DNA of 64,000 nt from Candidatus Bathyarchaeota archaeon (GCA_963702095.1 OY969706.1:832001-896000); one strand, 5' to 3'. Shown: positions 10,362-21,427, counted from the first letter of the stretch. The notes: generated by a model not told the origin, from the letters alone. Program-made: numbers and translations.

Positions 10362-10821
10362 GCTGCCCCAGCACATCAGCCTGCTCGAGGGTGACGCCGC
10401 AGTAGTGGCATTTCAGCACAAGCGGCTCCTCATGTTTGACCTCGAATCGGGTGTGGATGGGTTCTTCGCTGTTGCTTACGCATTGGGGATTGGCGCATTT
10501 GAGGATGCCCTCTATGGTGTGGGGGAGCTTAACTTCCAGTTTTTTGATGACCTCATAGTTCTGAATAATGTTAATCGAGGCGTGTGGTGCGACAAGGGCG
10601 ATGCGGTTTACTTCTTGGGGGCTAAGTGCTTTGCCTTCGATTTTTATGATGTCTTTGGCGCCGAAGCTTTTACTGGGTACATTAATCGCAATGGTCATCA
10701 CACGTCCTTCTTTGCCTGTTATCCCCAAAATTTTAATCACGTCAAGTGCGAAGCCGCCGCGGATGTGATCGATGACTGTGCCGTCTTTGATTTTTGAAAC
10801 CCGAAGTTCCCTCTCACTCAT
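10342..10821 (-). CDS. pyrI: Aspartate carbamoyltransferase regulatory chain
   Basis: LRVSKIKDGTVIDHI, KDIIKIE, CANPQCVS..EP, LKCHYC. Confidence 0.96.
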   Translation of the reverse strand: MSERELRVSKIKDGTVIDHIRGGFALDVIKILGITGKEGRVMTIAINVPSKSFGAKDIIKIEGKALSPQEVNRIALVAPHASINIIQNYEVIKKLEVKLPHTIEGILKCANPQCVSNSEEPIHTRFEVKHEEPLVLKCHYCGVTLEQADVLGQLKANAA

Positions 10822-10881
10822 AGCAGTCCCAAAAGAAGGCATTGCATACGCCAAGATAAGAGTTTACCGAAAAAAGGGCGG

Positions 10882-11595
10882 TTAAGAACGGAGGTTGATG
10901 ACGGTTGTTCCCGAGAACTTGTCAAAGTACCGCATGAACGCGTCGTTTTTGATGCGCCAACCAAACAGCAAATCAAACGGCAAAAGCGGCAGGACTTTGC
11001 CGAAGTTGCGGACGGCTGCGTGGTCGTAACTCATTTTTTTGCCGTCTGTGCGCACGACTTTGATGCCGATGATGCGTTTGCCTATGCTTTGGCCGTTGAA
11101 GCCTTCCAGAAGGGTGGAGTAGAGCCAGAGCAAGCCGATTGTGATGAAAAGTGCGGTGCCAACGGTGTTGGATAAGAACAGGGAGATGTCTGGTGAAATT
11201 AAGCCGGGGACAACGATGATGGTCATGGTTATTGCAAGGATTAATCCGAAGTCTATGAGGAAAGCGAACATGCGATTCCTGAAAGACGCCAGGGGAAGTG
11301 AACTCGCTCTGCCCTGTACGTCGGCGGCTTCTGCCCAGCCTTCGACATCGTGGATGATACGGACTGCGCTTTCTCCTGCTCGGCTAAGCTTGTATTTGCC
11401 ATTTGGGGTTTGCTCTATGAAAGGTGCGAGGGCGCGGAGGTGGAAGCTGAGTTTGCCTGTGTCGACTTTAAGCATGTTCAGCAAATCTGTGAAGGAGGAC
11501 TCACCGTTGTTACTAAGATCAAGTAGTATGTCCCTTCGCAATGGATGGGATAGGACTGAAAGTACCTTGGAAACATTTTCTTGGTTTACTGCCAT
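10882..11595 (-). CDS. ArsR-type HTH fused to RDD-family membrane domain
   Basis: LSHPLRRDIL..SFTDLL..KLSFHL, followed by RMFAFLID, GQSIGKRIIGIKVV and DKFSGTTV. Confidence 0.88.
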   Translation of the reverse strand: MAVNQENVSKVLSVLSHPLRRDILLDLSNNGESSFTDLLNMLKVDTGKLSFHLRALAPFIEQTPNGKYKLSRAGESAVRIIHDVEGWAEAADVQGRASSLPLASFRNRMFAFLIDFGLILAITMTIIVVPGLISPDISLFLSNTVGTALFITIGLLWLYSTLLEGFNGQSIGKRIIGIKVVRTDGKKMSYDHAAVRNFGKVLPLLPFDLLFGWRIKNDAFMRYFDKFSGTTVINLRS

Positions 11596-11760
11596 TTTAT
11601 AGACCAGGGAGTTTTACTAATCAATGATATCTATTTGGTGCACACGTTTGGCATATAGCCCATTTAATTCCGTTTCTCCCATATAAGCAACACCTAAAAA
11701 AAGGCAAAATACACCGTCGACTAGTTTAATAGTGAAAAACAACCTATTAAACGATTAGTT

Positions 11761-12660
11761 ATGTCAAGCGCCGACACAGCAGTCAAAATATTTCGGGAAC
11801 TGGAAAGCGAAGACTTCAGAATACTCCACATCATCGAAGCAGCCATGGCAAAAAGGGAATTCGTCCCCATAGAACAAATAGAAAAATACAGCAAAGTCCC
11901 CCTCGACCGCATCACCTACACCCTTGGCAAACTAGACAAACTAAACCTAATCTACCGAACCCGCACCGCCTACACAGGATACACCCTAAACTACGCCGGA
12001 TACGACTGCCTCGCCATAAACGCCCTTGTAAAAGCAGACATCATCAGCTCTTTTGGGCAAACCCTAGGAGTCGGCAAAGAAGCAGACGTTTACGACGCAC
12101 TCAGCCAAAGCGGCAAGCGCATAGCAGTCAAGTTCCACCGGTTAGGCAGAATCAGTTTTAGGCAAACCCGACGCAAACGCGGCTACATCCGGGAGCATTC
12201 AACATGGCTTTTCCAGTCGCATATAGCGGCGGAGAAAGAGTTTCAAGCCATGAAATTAGCCTACCAAAACGGAGTGGCAGTTCCAGAACCCCTCAGCCAA
12301 AACCGCCACGTCATCGCCATGGGCATGATTGAAGGTGGCGAATTAGGCAAATACAAAGACATAGGCAAACCCGAAAAAGTGCTGCGGGAAATCCTGCGCA
12401 ACGTCAAAAAAGCCTACACAAAAGCCCACCTTATACATGCAGACCTAAGTGAATACAACATTATTTTGCAGCCTGACGGGCACATTTTGATTATTGATTG
12501 GCCCCAAGCAGTAAAAACTGACCATGCCAACGCGGCGGAGTTGCTTGAGAGGGATTTGAGAAATGTGCTGACGTTTTTTTACCGTAAATTCAGCTTGGAA
12601 TTGGCTGTGGAAGAAGCTTGCCAATACGTGGTGGGGGAAGCAGGTCGCTTGCCCGTTTAG
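11761..12660 (+). CDS. rio2: RIO2 serine/threonine kinase
   Basis: N-terminal wHTH with GYTLNYAGYDCLA, GVGKEADVY, KFHRLGRISFR, IHADLSEYNI, IIDWPQ. Confidence 0.95.
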   Translation: MSSADTAVKIFRELESEDFRILHIIEAAMAKREFVPIEQIEKYSKVPLDRITYTLGKLDKLNLIYRTRTAYTGYTLNYAGYDCLAINALVKADIISSFGQTLGVGKEADVYDALSQSGKRIAVKFHRLGRISFRQTRRKRGYIREHSTWLFQSHIAAEKEFQAMKLAYQNGVAVPEPLSQNRHVIAMGMIEGGELGKYKDIGKPEKVLREILRNVKKAYTKAHLIHADLSEYNIILQPDGHILIIDWPQAVKTDHANAAELLERDLRNVLTFFYRKFSLELAVEEACQYVVGEAGRLPV

Positions 12661-12905
12661 TGTATGTTGGCGTTTAGAACAATGTAGAGGACGTTGTTTC
12701 CGCGGAGAAGCACGTTGCCGTAGTTGGTCATTAACTGGTCTTCTTTGACTTCGGTGGCGCCTTCCAAGAGAATGTTCATGTGGCCGTTGACCTTGATCAT
12801 TTTTCCCTTGTATTCATAGCCGTTTTTGAGAACAACCTCGATATTGCCATGTAACTGTTTAATGAGCACGTTTAATGGTTTTTTACTTGGTTCCATCATC
12901 GACAT
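12657..12905 (-). CDS. Sm-like archaeal protein (SmAP/Lsm)
   Basis: KPLNVL...VVLKNG.EYKG...HMNILL..A.E...YGNVLLRGNNVLYI. Confidence 0.93.
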   Translation of the reverse strand: MSMMEPSKKPLNVLIKQLHGNIEVVLKNGYEYKGKMIKVNGHMNILLEGATEVKEDQLMTNYGNVLLRGNNVLYIVLNANIH

Positions 12906-13241
12906 TACTGGTCACTGTCCAATGCTGTTTAATATGCAAGAACCTCCTACCAAATATAAAAGCCTTATGAATACGGGTACTGTCAACTCTACGTCTGTTG
13001 CCTTTCCATGTAAACTTTCGTCTGTTTATGGGTTAAATAAAAGAAAGAATTGCGGGGCTAACCTTGTGATTTCTGTCGAGCCGAGCATTTGAGTTCTGAG
13101 CGATAAGCGGGTTGGCTGTCTGAGTGCTGAGCAAATACGGCTAGGAAAACGGATAAAAAATAGTAGAGGGATAGCGGAGAACTCACGCCTTTAATCATGC
13201 CCTGCTTGCACCGAGACAAGTCGCAATATTGTCCGTGAGTC

Positions 13242-13510
13242 TTATCCGCTACCCTTTCTCTCTTTGCTAGCGTTTTGAATCAGAGTTAACCACTTATTTT
13301 TGCCTTCAACTTTAATTCCACATGCTTCGGCTGGGGTTCTGCCTTCAAGTGCCATGTGAGGGCGAACATAGTTATGGAAAATCTGGTAGCCTTGAAGAAT
13401 AGGGGTTTCGTTGATTTTTAAGCCCCGCATTGTCTTTTCTCGGTCACGGATTTCACCATTCAACCGTTCCATTTTGTTGTTGTTCTTGTCGCCTCGGATA
13501 GTGATGTGCG
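13242..13510 (-). mobile_element. IS6-like DDE transposase C-terminal remnant
   Basis: HITIRGDKNNNKMERLNGEIRDREKTMRGLK...HNYVRPHMALEGRTPAEACGI...WLTLIQNA. The N-terminal part is absent. Confidence 0.8.
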
Positions 13511-13606
13511 CCGAATATGCTGAGTTTGGGTTCTTTTTACTGTAAAACGCTTTTAAAAAATTCAGTTGCGTAATTTTACTCCAGAAAAGAGGGGAAGGTT
13601 GGGAGA

Positions 13607-13897
13607 CTACAGTTTCGCTATGATCGAGAGCGCCGCAACCACCAGGAATGCTATGCCTGTCCAGAACAAGTCGCCGCCAGTTAGGAAATACACTATCAAC
13701 GCAACGATAATCGCGGGGATAAGCACTATGAAGAGTTTGACGAGAACAATGATGACTAAACCGATGATTACCAATACGATAAGAAGAGTCAAATCCAACC
13801 CGCTGATTCCCAAACTGTCCAGTACTGAGTGAACAATCGCCATCATAAGAGGCACAAAATACATTGCTTTCTCCTCAAAAGAGGTTATAGCAAGCAA
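13607..13897 (-). CDS. Small hypothetical membrane protein
   Basis: Almost entirely hydrophobic, about 3 TM helices. Start uncertain. Confidence 0.7.
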   Translation of the reverse strand: MLAITSFEEKAMYFVPLMMAIVHSVLDSLGISGLDLTLLIVLVIIGLVIIVLVKLFIVLIPAIIVALIVYFLTGGDLFWTGIAFLVVAALSIIAKL

Positions 13898-13931
13898 GTA
13901 ATATGCTTTTTGGGAAATTAAGCGCTAACCC

Positions 13932-14402
13932 TTAAGCCATTTTGCCCCGAAGCTTACTTAGCACCTCGTCCTCTACCCACTTCTCACCCTGCAATGTCAA
14001 CTTGAAATCAGGCTTGTTAGGATCAGGCTTGAACACTTGGCCACGCTTGGTCATTTCGTTTAGGCGGGCGGGCACCATAACTTTGATTCCGCTGGACTCC
14101 AAAAGCTTCTGCACCCCCGCGGCAGTGTTACGCCGATCGTCCGAGGCATAAAGGATCAAGCCCACGGATTCATAGTGAGTCAAGTTTTCCCTTGTAACGA
14201 TTACTGGTCCTTCGGTGGTGGTTTCGACGATGCCTTTTAGCTGCGCTCCAGAGGGGGTCAGGCGGTTGGTGACGAAATCAGAGAGTTTTTCGGTAAAGTC
14301 TTCAGGTATGCTGCCCAGCATGTCGAGGATTTCCTGGGGGGTTTCGCCTTCGATTATGACTTCGCCGAAAGGGGTTTTGATGCGGGCTTCAATGTGTTTC
14401 AA
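13932..14402 (-). CDS. Hypothetical protein with probable C-terminal wHTH
   Basis: Long ORF. VPARLNEMTKRGQVFK...FKLTLQGEKWV resembles a wHTH. Confidence 0.75.
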   Translation of the reverse strand: MKHIEARIKTPFGEVIIEGETPQEILDMLGSIPEDFTEKLSDFVTNRLTPSGAQLKGIVETTTEGPVIVTRENLTHYESVGLILYASDDRRNTAAGVQKLLESSGIKVMVPARLNEMTKRGQVFKPDPNKPDFKLTLQGEKWVEDEVLSKLRGKMA

Positions 14403-14532
14403 CGGTTGTGCCTCATAGGGCTATATGGTGTACTATGCTTTTTAGGATTTGCGACAGGTTTACAGCAAAGCGCCTAAACAAATGCTTATCAAGCTATCAC
14501 CCACACAACCAAAAAAGGAATCAAATGCAGGT

Positions 14533-14596
14533 TGGTTTCCAAGCCAGACTTGAACCGGCGACCCTTGGTGCATAAAGCCAAACGTCCTAATGGCTC
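14533..14596 (-). pseudogene. Degenerate tRNA remnant (Val-like, 3' two-thirds)
   Basis: Reverse complement reads TAGGACG-TTTGGCTTTATGCACCAA-GGGTC-GCCGG TTCAAGT CTGGC-TTGGAAA-CCA. T-arm and CCA are intact, but no 5' acceptor strand is visible. Confidence 0.45.
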
Positions 14597-14800
14597 AGGT
14601 GGTTGTGTTTTTGCTTAAGGGGTTGAGTGTTTTAGGGGTTAAGTTCGGGTTGCTTTGGCGGATCTTAGAGAAGATTGGTGTTGATTGCACAACCAGCCAG
14701 CAACGTGGATTAAACGCCAAAACAGAAGCAGCGTCTCTTAAACAAGCCGTTGGTTGTTGTTGTGCATAGCAGGTTTCTGCCAACAACAACTATAATAAAA
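14597..14800 (+). repeat. Dispersed structured repeat, family A/B copy A2
   Basis: CACAACCAGCCAGCAAC, 60-nt spacer, GTTGTTGTTG-N18-CAACAACAAC. Shares upstream GTGGTTGTGTTTTTG with A1. Confidence 0.8.
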
Positions 14801-14834
14801 CAACCAAAACACAAAATGAACCCCTAAAAAAGGG

Positions 14835-16741
14835 CTATTTGAGACGTTCCCGCAAGAGTTTGCCAACAAGCTCAGGGTTTGCTTTTCCACGGACTTCTTT
14901 CATGGCGGCGCCCATCAGCATGCCAAACGCGTTCTTGCCCAACTTTTCGATTTGGGCTTTGTTGGCGGCGACGATGCGGTCGATGATTGGGCCAATTCTC
15001 CTTCTGTGAACATTTTCAGCCCCAAAGCAGCGGTTGCGTCCTGCAATGTTTTGTCTTCGTTTTGGGCTAGCCAGCTAAACACATCTGCGATGGCTTCTTT
15101 GGCAAGTTCGCCGGAGCCGACGGCTTTGAAGATGACGCTGATTTGTTCGTCTGAGACATGTTCGGTGTGGATGCCCTCCCTTTGCAGCGCCTTTACGGTT
15201 TCGGTAAGGAAAGCTGCGATTGTAGAGGCTGGAACACCGCTGGTTTTGGCTGTTTCCTCAAAGAGGGTGATGTATTCGGAGTCGATGAGTTGTTTGGCGA
15301 GTTTTTCGTTGAGGCTGTACTGTTTGGTGAGGCGGGCGAGTTTTTTGTCAGCTGGCTCAGGCAGATGCGAGCGCACATCCGTCACTAATTCGGCTGTGAT
15401 TGGTTGCGGGGGGATGTCGGTTTCAGGGTACATGCGTGCGGCGCCTGGGCGGGGTCGCATGTAACGGGTTGTGCCGTCGTCTTTGGCTGTTCTGGTCTCC
15501 TGCGGAATACAGGCGAGGGCTTCTCTGCAGCGTTCAACGACTGCTTTGAGGGCGTCATGGGTGTTTTCGGCTGTGTCGGCTACGAACACCACGGCGTCGC
15601 CTTCAGAGGCGCTAACTGCTTTTCTAAGTTCTGTGACTTCTTCGGGTGTGATGCCATAGTTGGCGAGCACCTCGTCGGTGTGGAATATGCCGCCGACTCT
15701 GCCCCAGAATTTAGCGTAATCAGATAATTCGCTGCCTAAGCGGAAGTTTGGCATTAATTCGCGCCCGGTTAAACCGTTGAATCCAGGTAGTTTTACGGCG
15801 AGGACTTTTTGGTTCTTGTCTACTGCTTTGCGGATGACTTTGCTTTTGGTGGCTTGGAAGAGTCCAGTGACGTCGATAAACTCTGCCTTTAACAAGGTTG
15901 ATGTTATGCCCCTTTTAGCGAGTTCTCCTTTGATGGCGATTAAGTTTAGTTGGCGCTGGACCTCATAATCGACGACGGTCGAGATTAATTCGAGTTCCTG
16001 AACACCTTTAATCTCAATTAAAGCCCCGTTTGGCAGTGAAACGTTTAGGTCCTGACGAATCGTGCCCAAGCCACGCATGACTTTGCCTGTGTCTCGCAGT
16101 ATTCTGCCGATGGCAAACGCGACTTCCTGCGCTTCCTGCGGCGAATAGATGACGGGTGCCGTTGCAACTTCGATAAGTGGGATGCCTAATCGGTCGATGC
16201 GGTAACGGATGGTTTTGCCCTCGTCCATAGTGCCTGTTTTGCGGGCGGCGTCTTCTTCGAGGCTGGAGGCTTGCATGGGGATGACTTTGTCGCCGACTTT
16301 TATCCAGCCGTCCAACGCGATGATGGCGGTGCGCTGGAAACCCGTGGTGTTGCTGCCGTCGATGACGGTTTTGCGCATGACGTGGACTTCGTCGACGGGC
16401 TGCATATTCATCATAAGCGAAGCCATCAACACGACTTCCACCGCGTCTATGTTTATGGGGTGCGGGGGCTCCTCATCCATTTCGACCAGGCAACTGCTTT
16501 TGCGATTGGCTTCATAGAGGATTTTAACGCCCTTCTGGAACTCAAAGTAGGCTGCAGGGTCAACTTGCCCCAGTTCACTCTGGGTGGGGCGCAATCGGCG
16601 CAAAAATGTGATTTCGGGGTCTTCCTTGAAGAGGAGGGGTGGGCAACTGCAGAACAGTTTGCTGTTGACGTTTAGTTGCTGGTGGATTTCTAAGCCGACT
16701 TTTAAACCGACTTTCGCGTAGTCAATGGTTGTTTTGGACAT
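14835..16741 (-). CDS. gatE: Glutamyl-tRNA(Gln) amidotransferase subunit E (frameshift near 14990)
   Basis: GLKVGLEIHQQL..KLFC, DGSNTTGFQRT, RPRPGAARMYPETD. The alternative frame gives the normal end MKEVRGKANPELVGKLLRERLK*. Confidence 0.96.
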
Positions 16742-18093
16742 TATTGTTGACCTCCTTCATAGTGCAGCGTGCCTTCCTGTGGCAACGTGCGCGACGAGTA
16801 TTCGCCTGCAATGTTGGTTTTAAGCAGTTTTATGGCTTCTTGCGGGTCATCGGTTTGCCCCAGAGCCCACATGAGCTTCACTAAGCCTGTTTCGGGGAAC
16901 AAGTCCTCCAAGGGCACGACGCCAAAACTCTGCAAGTCGCGCCCAGTATCGTAAACGTTCATGTCTACGCGTCCCCAGATGCACTGCGAAGCCAACGCAA
17001 CCACCACGCCCTTGGCGGTTGCATGTTTGATTGCTTCGAAGCAGAATTTGCTCACATGACCCAAGCCTGAGCCTTCGAGTAAGATGCCTTTGAAGCCTTT
17101 TTCGACATAAAAGTCGATTACCGAGGGGTCAAGTCCAGGGTAGAATTTGACCAATGCCACTTTGTCGCTGAAGTCTGGTTTGAGGATCAGTTTGCGTTTG
17201 GGGTCACGTTTCTGGTAGGTGTCACCGGTCATGGTGACTTTGAGGTCTTGGATTCTGGCGATGGGGAAGCCGTTGACGGATTTGAAAGTGTCCCTTCTGC
17301 TGGTGTGGCACTTGCGTACTTTGACGCCTCGGTGTACAACGATTGAGGTGTCCGAGACGGTTTCATGCATCGCTAACCCAACCTCTGCGAACGGACCCTC
17401 ACCCGCGGCTTTGACTGCGCCTATGAGGTTGGTTGCGGCGTCGCTGCTGGGTCGGTCAGAAGACCGTTGGGCGCCAACTAAGATAACTGGGACTGGGAGG
17501 TTCTGCAACGCGAAGCTCAGTGCCGCTGAAGTGTAAGCCATGGTGTCTGTGCCATGGGCGATTACAACTCCGTCCACTCCCTCCTTAATGCGTTGGGCAA
17601 TTTTTTTAGCGAGTTCCGTCCAGTCCTGCTGCCGAAGGTTCTCGCTGTAAATGCTAAACACAATTTCGGTGTCCACACGGGCTAAATCAGCAAGTTCAGG
17701 GACGACGCCGTAGAGGTCGCTTGCGGACATGGCTGAGCGGACGGCGCCTGTTCGGTAGTCCACGCGGCTGGCGATGGTGCCGCCTGTACTCATGATGACC
17801 ACGTGTGGAAGTGCAGGGTTCTGTTTGGGCAGCGGCGGCGCCTCGAATTTGGGCGGGGACCCTTTACCGATTTTCTCCACTTGCACGTCCGCTGCGGCGT
17901 CTATGCCGATGTTGTAGCCGCTTTTCATTTTGATGATGATGGCGGAGCCTTCGCCGAAACGTGGGATCAAGATGCCCTCGTAGGTTTTGCTTTTGCTGGT
18001 GATTTTTAGGATGTCGCCGATGTTGCAGTCGGCTGCTTTGAGGAGGCGCAGTGCCATGCCCCGGTAACCTGAATCGTCAGCTTTGTCGCTCAT
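16741..18093 (-). CDS. gatD: Glutamyl-tRNA(Gln) amidotransferase subunit D
   Basis: STGGTIASRVDYRTGAV, HGTDTMAY, GAQRSSDRPSSDA, KCHTSRRD. Confidence 0.97.
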   Translation of the reverse strand: MSDKADDSGYRGMALRLLKAADCNIGDILKITSKSKTYEGILIPRFGEGSAIIIKMKSGYNIGIDAAADVQVEKIGKGSPPKFEAPPLPKQNPALPHVVIMSTGGTIASRVDYRTGAVRSAMSASDLYGVVPELADLARVDTEIVFSIYSENLRQQDWTELAKKIAQRIKEGVDGVVIAHGTDTMAYTSAALSFALQNLPVPVILVGAQRSSDRPSSDAATNLIGAVKAAGEGPFAEVGLAMHETVSDTSIVVHRGVKVRKCHTSRRDTFKSVNGFPIARIQDLKVTMTGDTYQKRDPKRKLILKPDFSDKVALVKFYPGLDPSVIDFYVEKGFKGILLEGSGLGHVSKFCFEAIKHATAKGVVVALASQCIWGRVDMNVYDTGRDLQSFGVVPLEDLFPETGLVKLMWALGQTDDPQEAIKLLKTNIAGEYSSRTLPQEGTLHYEGGQQ

Positions 18094-18184
18094 CTAAAAG
18101 CCTCTGTTTCTGTGGAAAGATATGGGTCTTAGTCTTTAACCTTATCGTGAACAAACGTTAACTAAGTATCTTAGGTCAAATTTT

Positions 18185-18326
18185 TATTTGATGTTGTTGC
18201 TGAGAAGCCCCTATACACAACAACAACCTGTGGCGTTTGTGGTGCAATGCTTTTTGGGGGCAGCGTTTGGTTTAGTTTGCTGATTGGTTGTGAAGCAAAA
18301 CGCAAGCAGAACAGATTTTTGATCTA
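18185..18326 (-). repeat. Dispersed structured repeat, family A/B copy A3
   Basis: Reverse complement: TAGATCAAAAATCTGTTCTGC-TTG-N12-CAA-N60-GTTGTTGTTG-N18-CAACAACATC. Confidence 0.85.
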
Positions 18327-18369
18327 CTGGTAAAACCAAATAAGAGAATACCCCGTTGTAAATAGTTCG

Positions 18370-19752
18370 ATGCACATGAAGACTGCTATGGGGTTAGTTG
18401 TACTGTTGGTCGCTTTGCTGCTGGCTGCTCCATTCTTTGCCTCAGCGGCTCAATCCACACAGTTGGATTGGAGCAGAACTTACCCCCGAGCGTCCGAAAC
18501 AACAAGCGACAACATACCAATCACCCACACTGACGGAGGAGCAGCCTTTACCCAAACAGGCGACGGCGGATACCTAATCGTTGCAAGCCTCAGAGACTAC
18601 TTTTACCGTGGGGAACATACAGGCGGCGACGAATCATACAAAGGGAGTATGATAAAAACTAACTCATCTGGAGCGGTGGAGTGGCAAAGGGAGGTATCGC
18701 CCTCGATTTCGCTGAATGCACAGGAAGTTTATTGGGTTGCGGATACGGGTTATGTGGTTGTTGCCGGCTACTACATTTACCTATTTAATGAGCGAGGGCA
18801 ACTGGAGTCGAACGTAACGTTCGGCTGCCAAATCTTCGGAGTTCAGCAAACAAGCGACGGCTATGTGTTTGTCTGTAAAAGCCAAGATTTCAGCTTCATA
18901 GGAACCGACAGGGAATTCAATGTCCAATGGAACAAGTCACTCAGTTTTGTCCCACACGATGGCGACATGGCACTTGCAGAGGCCAGTGGCAGCGGTTACA
19001 TCTTAGTTGGTTACACATACAACTTCCCCACCACAGCTGGCGTCAACTCACCCAACATTTGGATTATCAAAACCGATGCAAACGGTGATATACGGTTCAC
19101 TAAAAGCTACAATTTCTACGACCAATTAGGCATAAAACAGACAAACCCCATCCTACTCGACAATGCATTTGTCGTTTCCACAGGCGACGGGTATTTCCTC
19201 GCTGGAACAGCCGAGTTCAGGGACAGCAACTTTAACTCGCCCTTCTTGGTCAAGTTGGCTTCGGACTGCAACTGGTTGTGGAGCCGAACCTACGCTTCGA
19301 GCCCCCGCGACAACAGCTTCGTCTATACAGCCGTCAAAACGCCCGACGATGGATTATTCATTGTTGGGTCTTATGCTTCTCAGCCCATCGGATGGCACTC
19401 TAACACCTACGACGTGTCACTGCTGTTCAAGATTAACGCCTTAGGCGACGTTACACTGAACCAAACGTTTAGCAGCGTGGAGGACTATCATCCAGGTGCT
19501 GCATCTGATGTGCTCGTTATGGGCGATGGGGCTTACGCAGTTTTGGGTTCACTAGACAATTCAATTTGGCTTGCCAAGTTTACACCAGACACCGCAAAAG
19601 CCTCGGGTTCTCCAGAGATAAACCCTTCTCAGTCGTCAATAATCTGGTCTGCAGCAGCCATTGTTGCGGCTGTAGTTGCCGCTGTTGTGGTAGCCCTGTT
19701 TTACGTCAAGAAACACAAGAAGACACCGAATCAACCATACAGCAGAGTTTGA
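18370..19752 (+). CDS. Secreted beta-propeller-like surface protein with C-terminal TM anchor
   Basis: Signal peptide. Repeats of QTxDGGY/IKTDxxG/W.RTY. TM followed by KKHKK. Confidence 0.82.
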   Translation: MHMKTAMGLVVLLVALLLAAPFFASAAQSTQLDWSRTYPRASETTSDNIPITHTDGGAAFTQTGDGGYLIVASLRDYFYRGEHTGGDESYKGSMIKTNSSGAVEWQREVSPSISLNAQEVYWVADTGYVVVAGYYIYLFNERGQLESNVTFGCQIFGVQQTSDGYVFVCKSQDFSFIGTDREFNVQWNKSLSFVPHDGDMALAEASGSGYILVGYTYNFPTTAGVNSPNIWIIKTDANGDIRFTKSYNFYDQLGIKQTNPILLDNAFVVSTGDGYFLAGTAEFRDSNFNSPFLVKLASDCNWLWSRTYASSPRDNSFVYTAVKTPDDGLFIVGSYASQPIGWHSNTYDVSLLFKINALGDVTLNQTFSSVEDYHPGAASDVLVMGDGAYAVLGSLDNSIWLAKFTPDTAKASGSPEINPSQSSIIWSAAAIVAAVVAAVVVALFYVKKHKKTPNQPYSRV

Positions 19753-21343
19753 TTACTGCAGGTTCTTCGAAACGTAAACGCCGTCCCGTAGGTAACCCAA
19801 ACGCATATAGTACCGCCTCGTCCCCAACGCGCTAATAACCAAAAGTTTTTTGACGCCAAACTCCTTCCACGCAATCCGTTCGGCTTCCGCCAGCAACTCT
19901 TTGCCGTAGCCGCGGTGCTGCCAAGCGCCGTCACTTCGTTTGCCCACTGGCACAAGAGGACCGTAAACATGGAGTTCGCGGACGATGGCGGATGGGACCT
20001 CGGTGATTTCTTGTCGGTGAGCTTTTGCTGAGGGAATGCGGAGTCGCAGGTAGCCCAGAAGCACGTTGTTTTGGGGGTCTTCGGCTGAGATGAAGAGTTC
20101 GGTGCCGCCGGATGCTTCATAGCGGGTGGTTAGGACCTTGACTTTTTCGAGGTCAGGTTTAACACCGTCAACCTGCAGACGGTGGCCTACTTCACGGCAA
20201 CGGATACATTGGCAATGCAGACCGCTCTCCGCCAACTTCTGCTGGGCAAGCTCACGCAGGTTGCTCTTTTTTACTCCCGCCAAAATCAGCTGCGCTGGAA
20301 TGTCCCGTTGTACACGCATTACACGGATCCATTTTGGGATGAACTGCTTGATTTGGGCGATAACTTCAGCCGCCTCCTCCGTAGTGTACGGTGTGTAGGT
20401 ACCCTGCTGGTACCATTGATAGGCTTTGGTGCCTGCGATGGCAAGGCACGGATAAATCTTAATCATATCAGGCATAAACGCTGGGTCGGTGAAGATGCGC
20501 CTGAAGGCTTCAACGTCTTTTTCTGGGTTGCTCCCAGGCATGCCAGGCATCATGTGGTAAACAATTTTTAGCCCCGCATCCTTGGCAACCTGCGTCGCCT
20601 CAGCCACATCTGCAACAGTGTGTGTTCTACCGACAAGCTGATAGATTGCATCGTCGGGGTTCTGCACGCCCAACTCGATGCGGGTTACGCCCATGGAGAG
20701 CATGGCGTCGATGTGAGGTTGCTTAGCCCAGTCGGGACGGGTTTCCACGGTTATGCCTACGTTGCGGGTTGCGCTGACTTCAGCATTTACCTTTGCCTCT
20801 TCAAGGCTACCCGAAGTTTTGCCTGTGATGGCGTCGAGGCAACGCTGAATAAACCACGTCTGGTACTCCGTTGGGGTGGCTGGGAAGGTGCCGCCCATGA
20901 CGATTAGCTCGATTTTATCGACTTTGTGCCCGATTTGGGTCAACTGCTCGATGCGGCTTATGACCTGACTGTAGGGGTCAAAATTGTTTTGTGCACCACG
21001 CATGGCGGCTGGCTCGTGTCCTGTGTAGCTCTGCGGCGACCCAGTTGAGGGGCCTTCCGGGGCAGTATGCGCAGGGTTCTGGCTGCGGGCAGAGGTAGGG
21101 TTTGGTCATGGTGGCAACGACTGTGACGCCGCTGATGGTGCGTGTGGTTTTGCGTTTGAGAAGCGGAAGAAGCACCTTGGATTCTTCTGGGGTTAGTTGG
21201 GCAATGATGTCTGCGCTGGAGGGGACTTTGGGCAGGTGGTATTTGCCTGCAGTCTTGATTTTGAGTTTGTTTACATCGTTACGTGTAGGTGATTGTGTAG
21301 AGAGAAGGGTTTCGATGATTTCACGAAGCGCAGTATCTGTCAA
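19753..21343 (-). CDS. elp3: Elp3 tRNA uridine(34) acetyltransferase (frameshift near 21055)
   Basis: RTISGVTVVA..CP..PCAYCPG(GP..PQSYTG.EPAAMRG) radical SAM motif, MGGTF, ETRPD, KIYP, VRELHVYG, QHRGYG (GNAT). Confidence 0.95.
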
Positions 21344-21427
21344 GAGTGAAAGCCGAATTAGAGTTTAATTTACAAATAGATAAAGTACACTAGCTAAAAA
21401 ACGCTGAATAAAAGAAAATAATTCCAC

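Noticed and set aside
13060-13135. Possible C/D box sRNA (several CTGA) upstream of the SmAP gene
   Set aside because: No convincing box C/C' and the spacing does not fit.
3020-14789. 64-aa ORFs over repeats A1 and A2 as a small protein family
   Set aside because: Copy A3 has an internal stop, subfamily B changes the loop by 1 nt, and conservation follows base pairing rather than codons.
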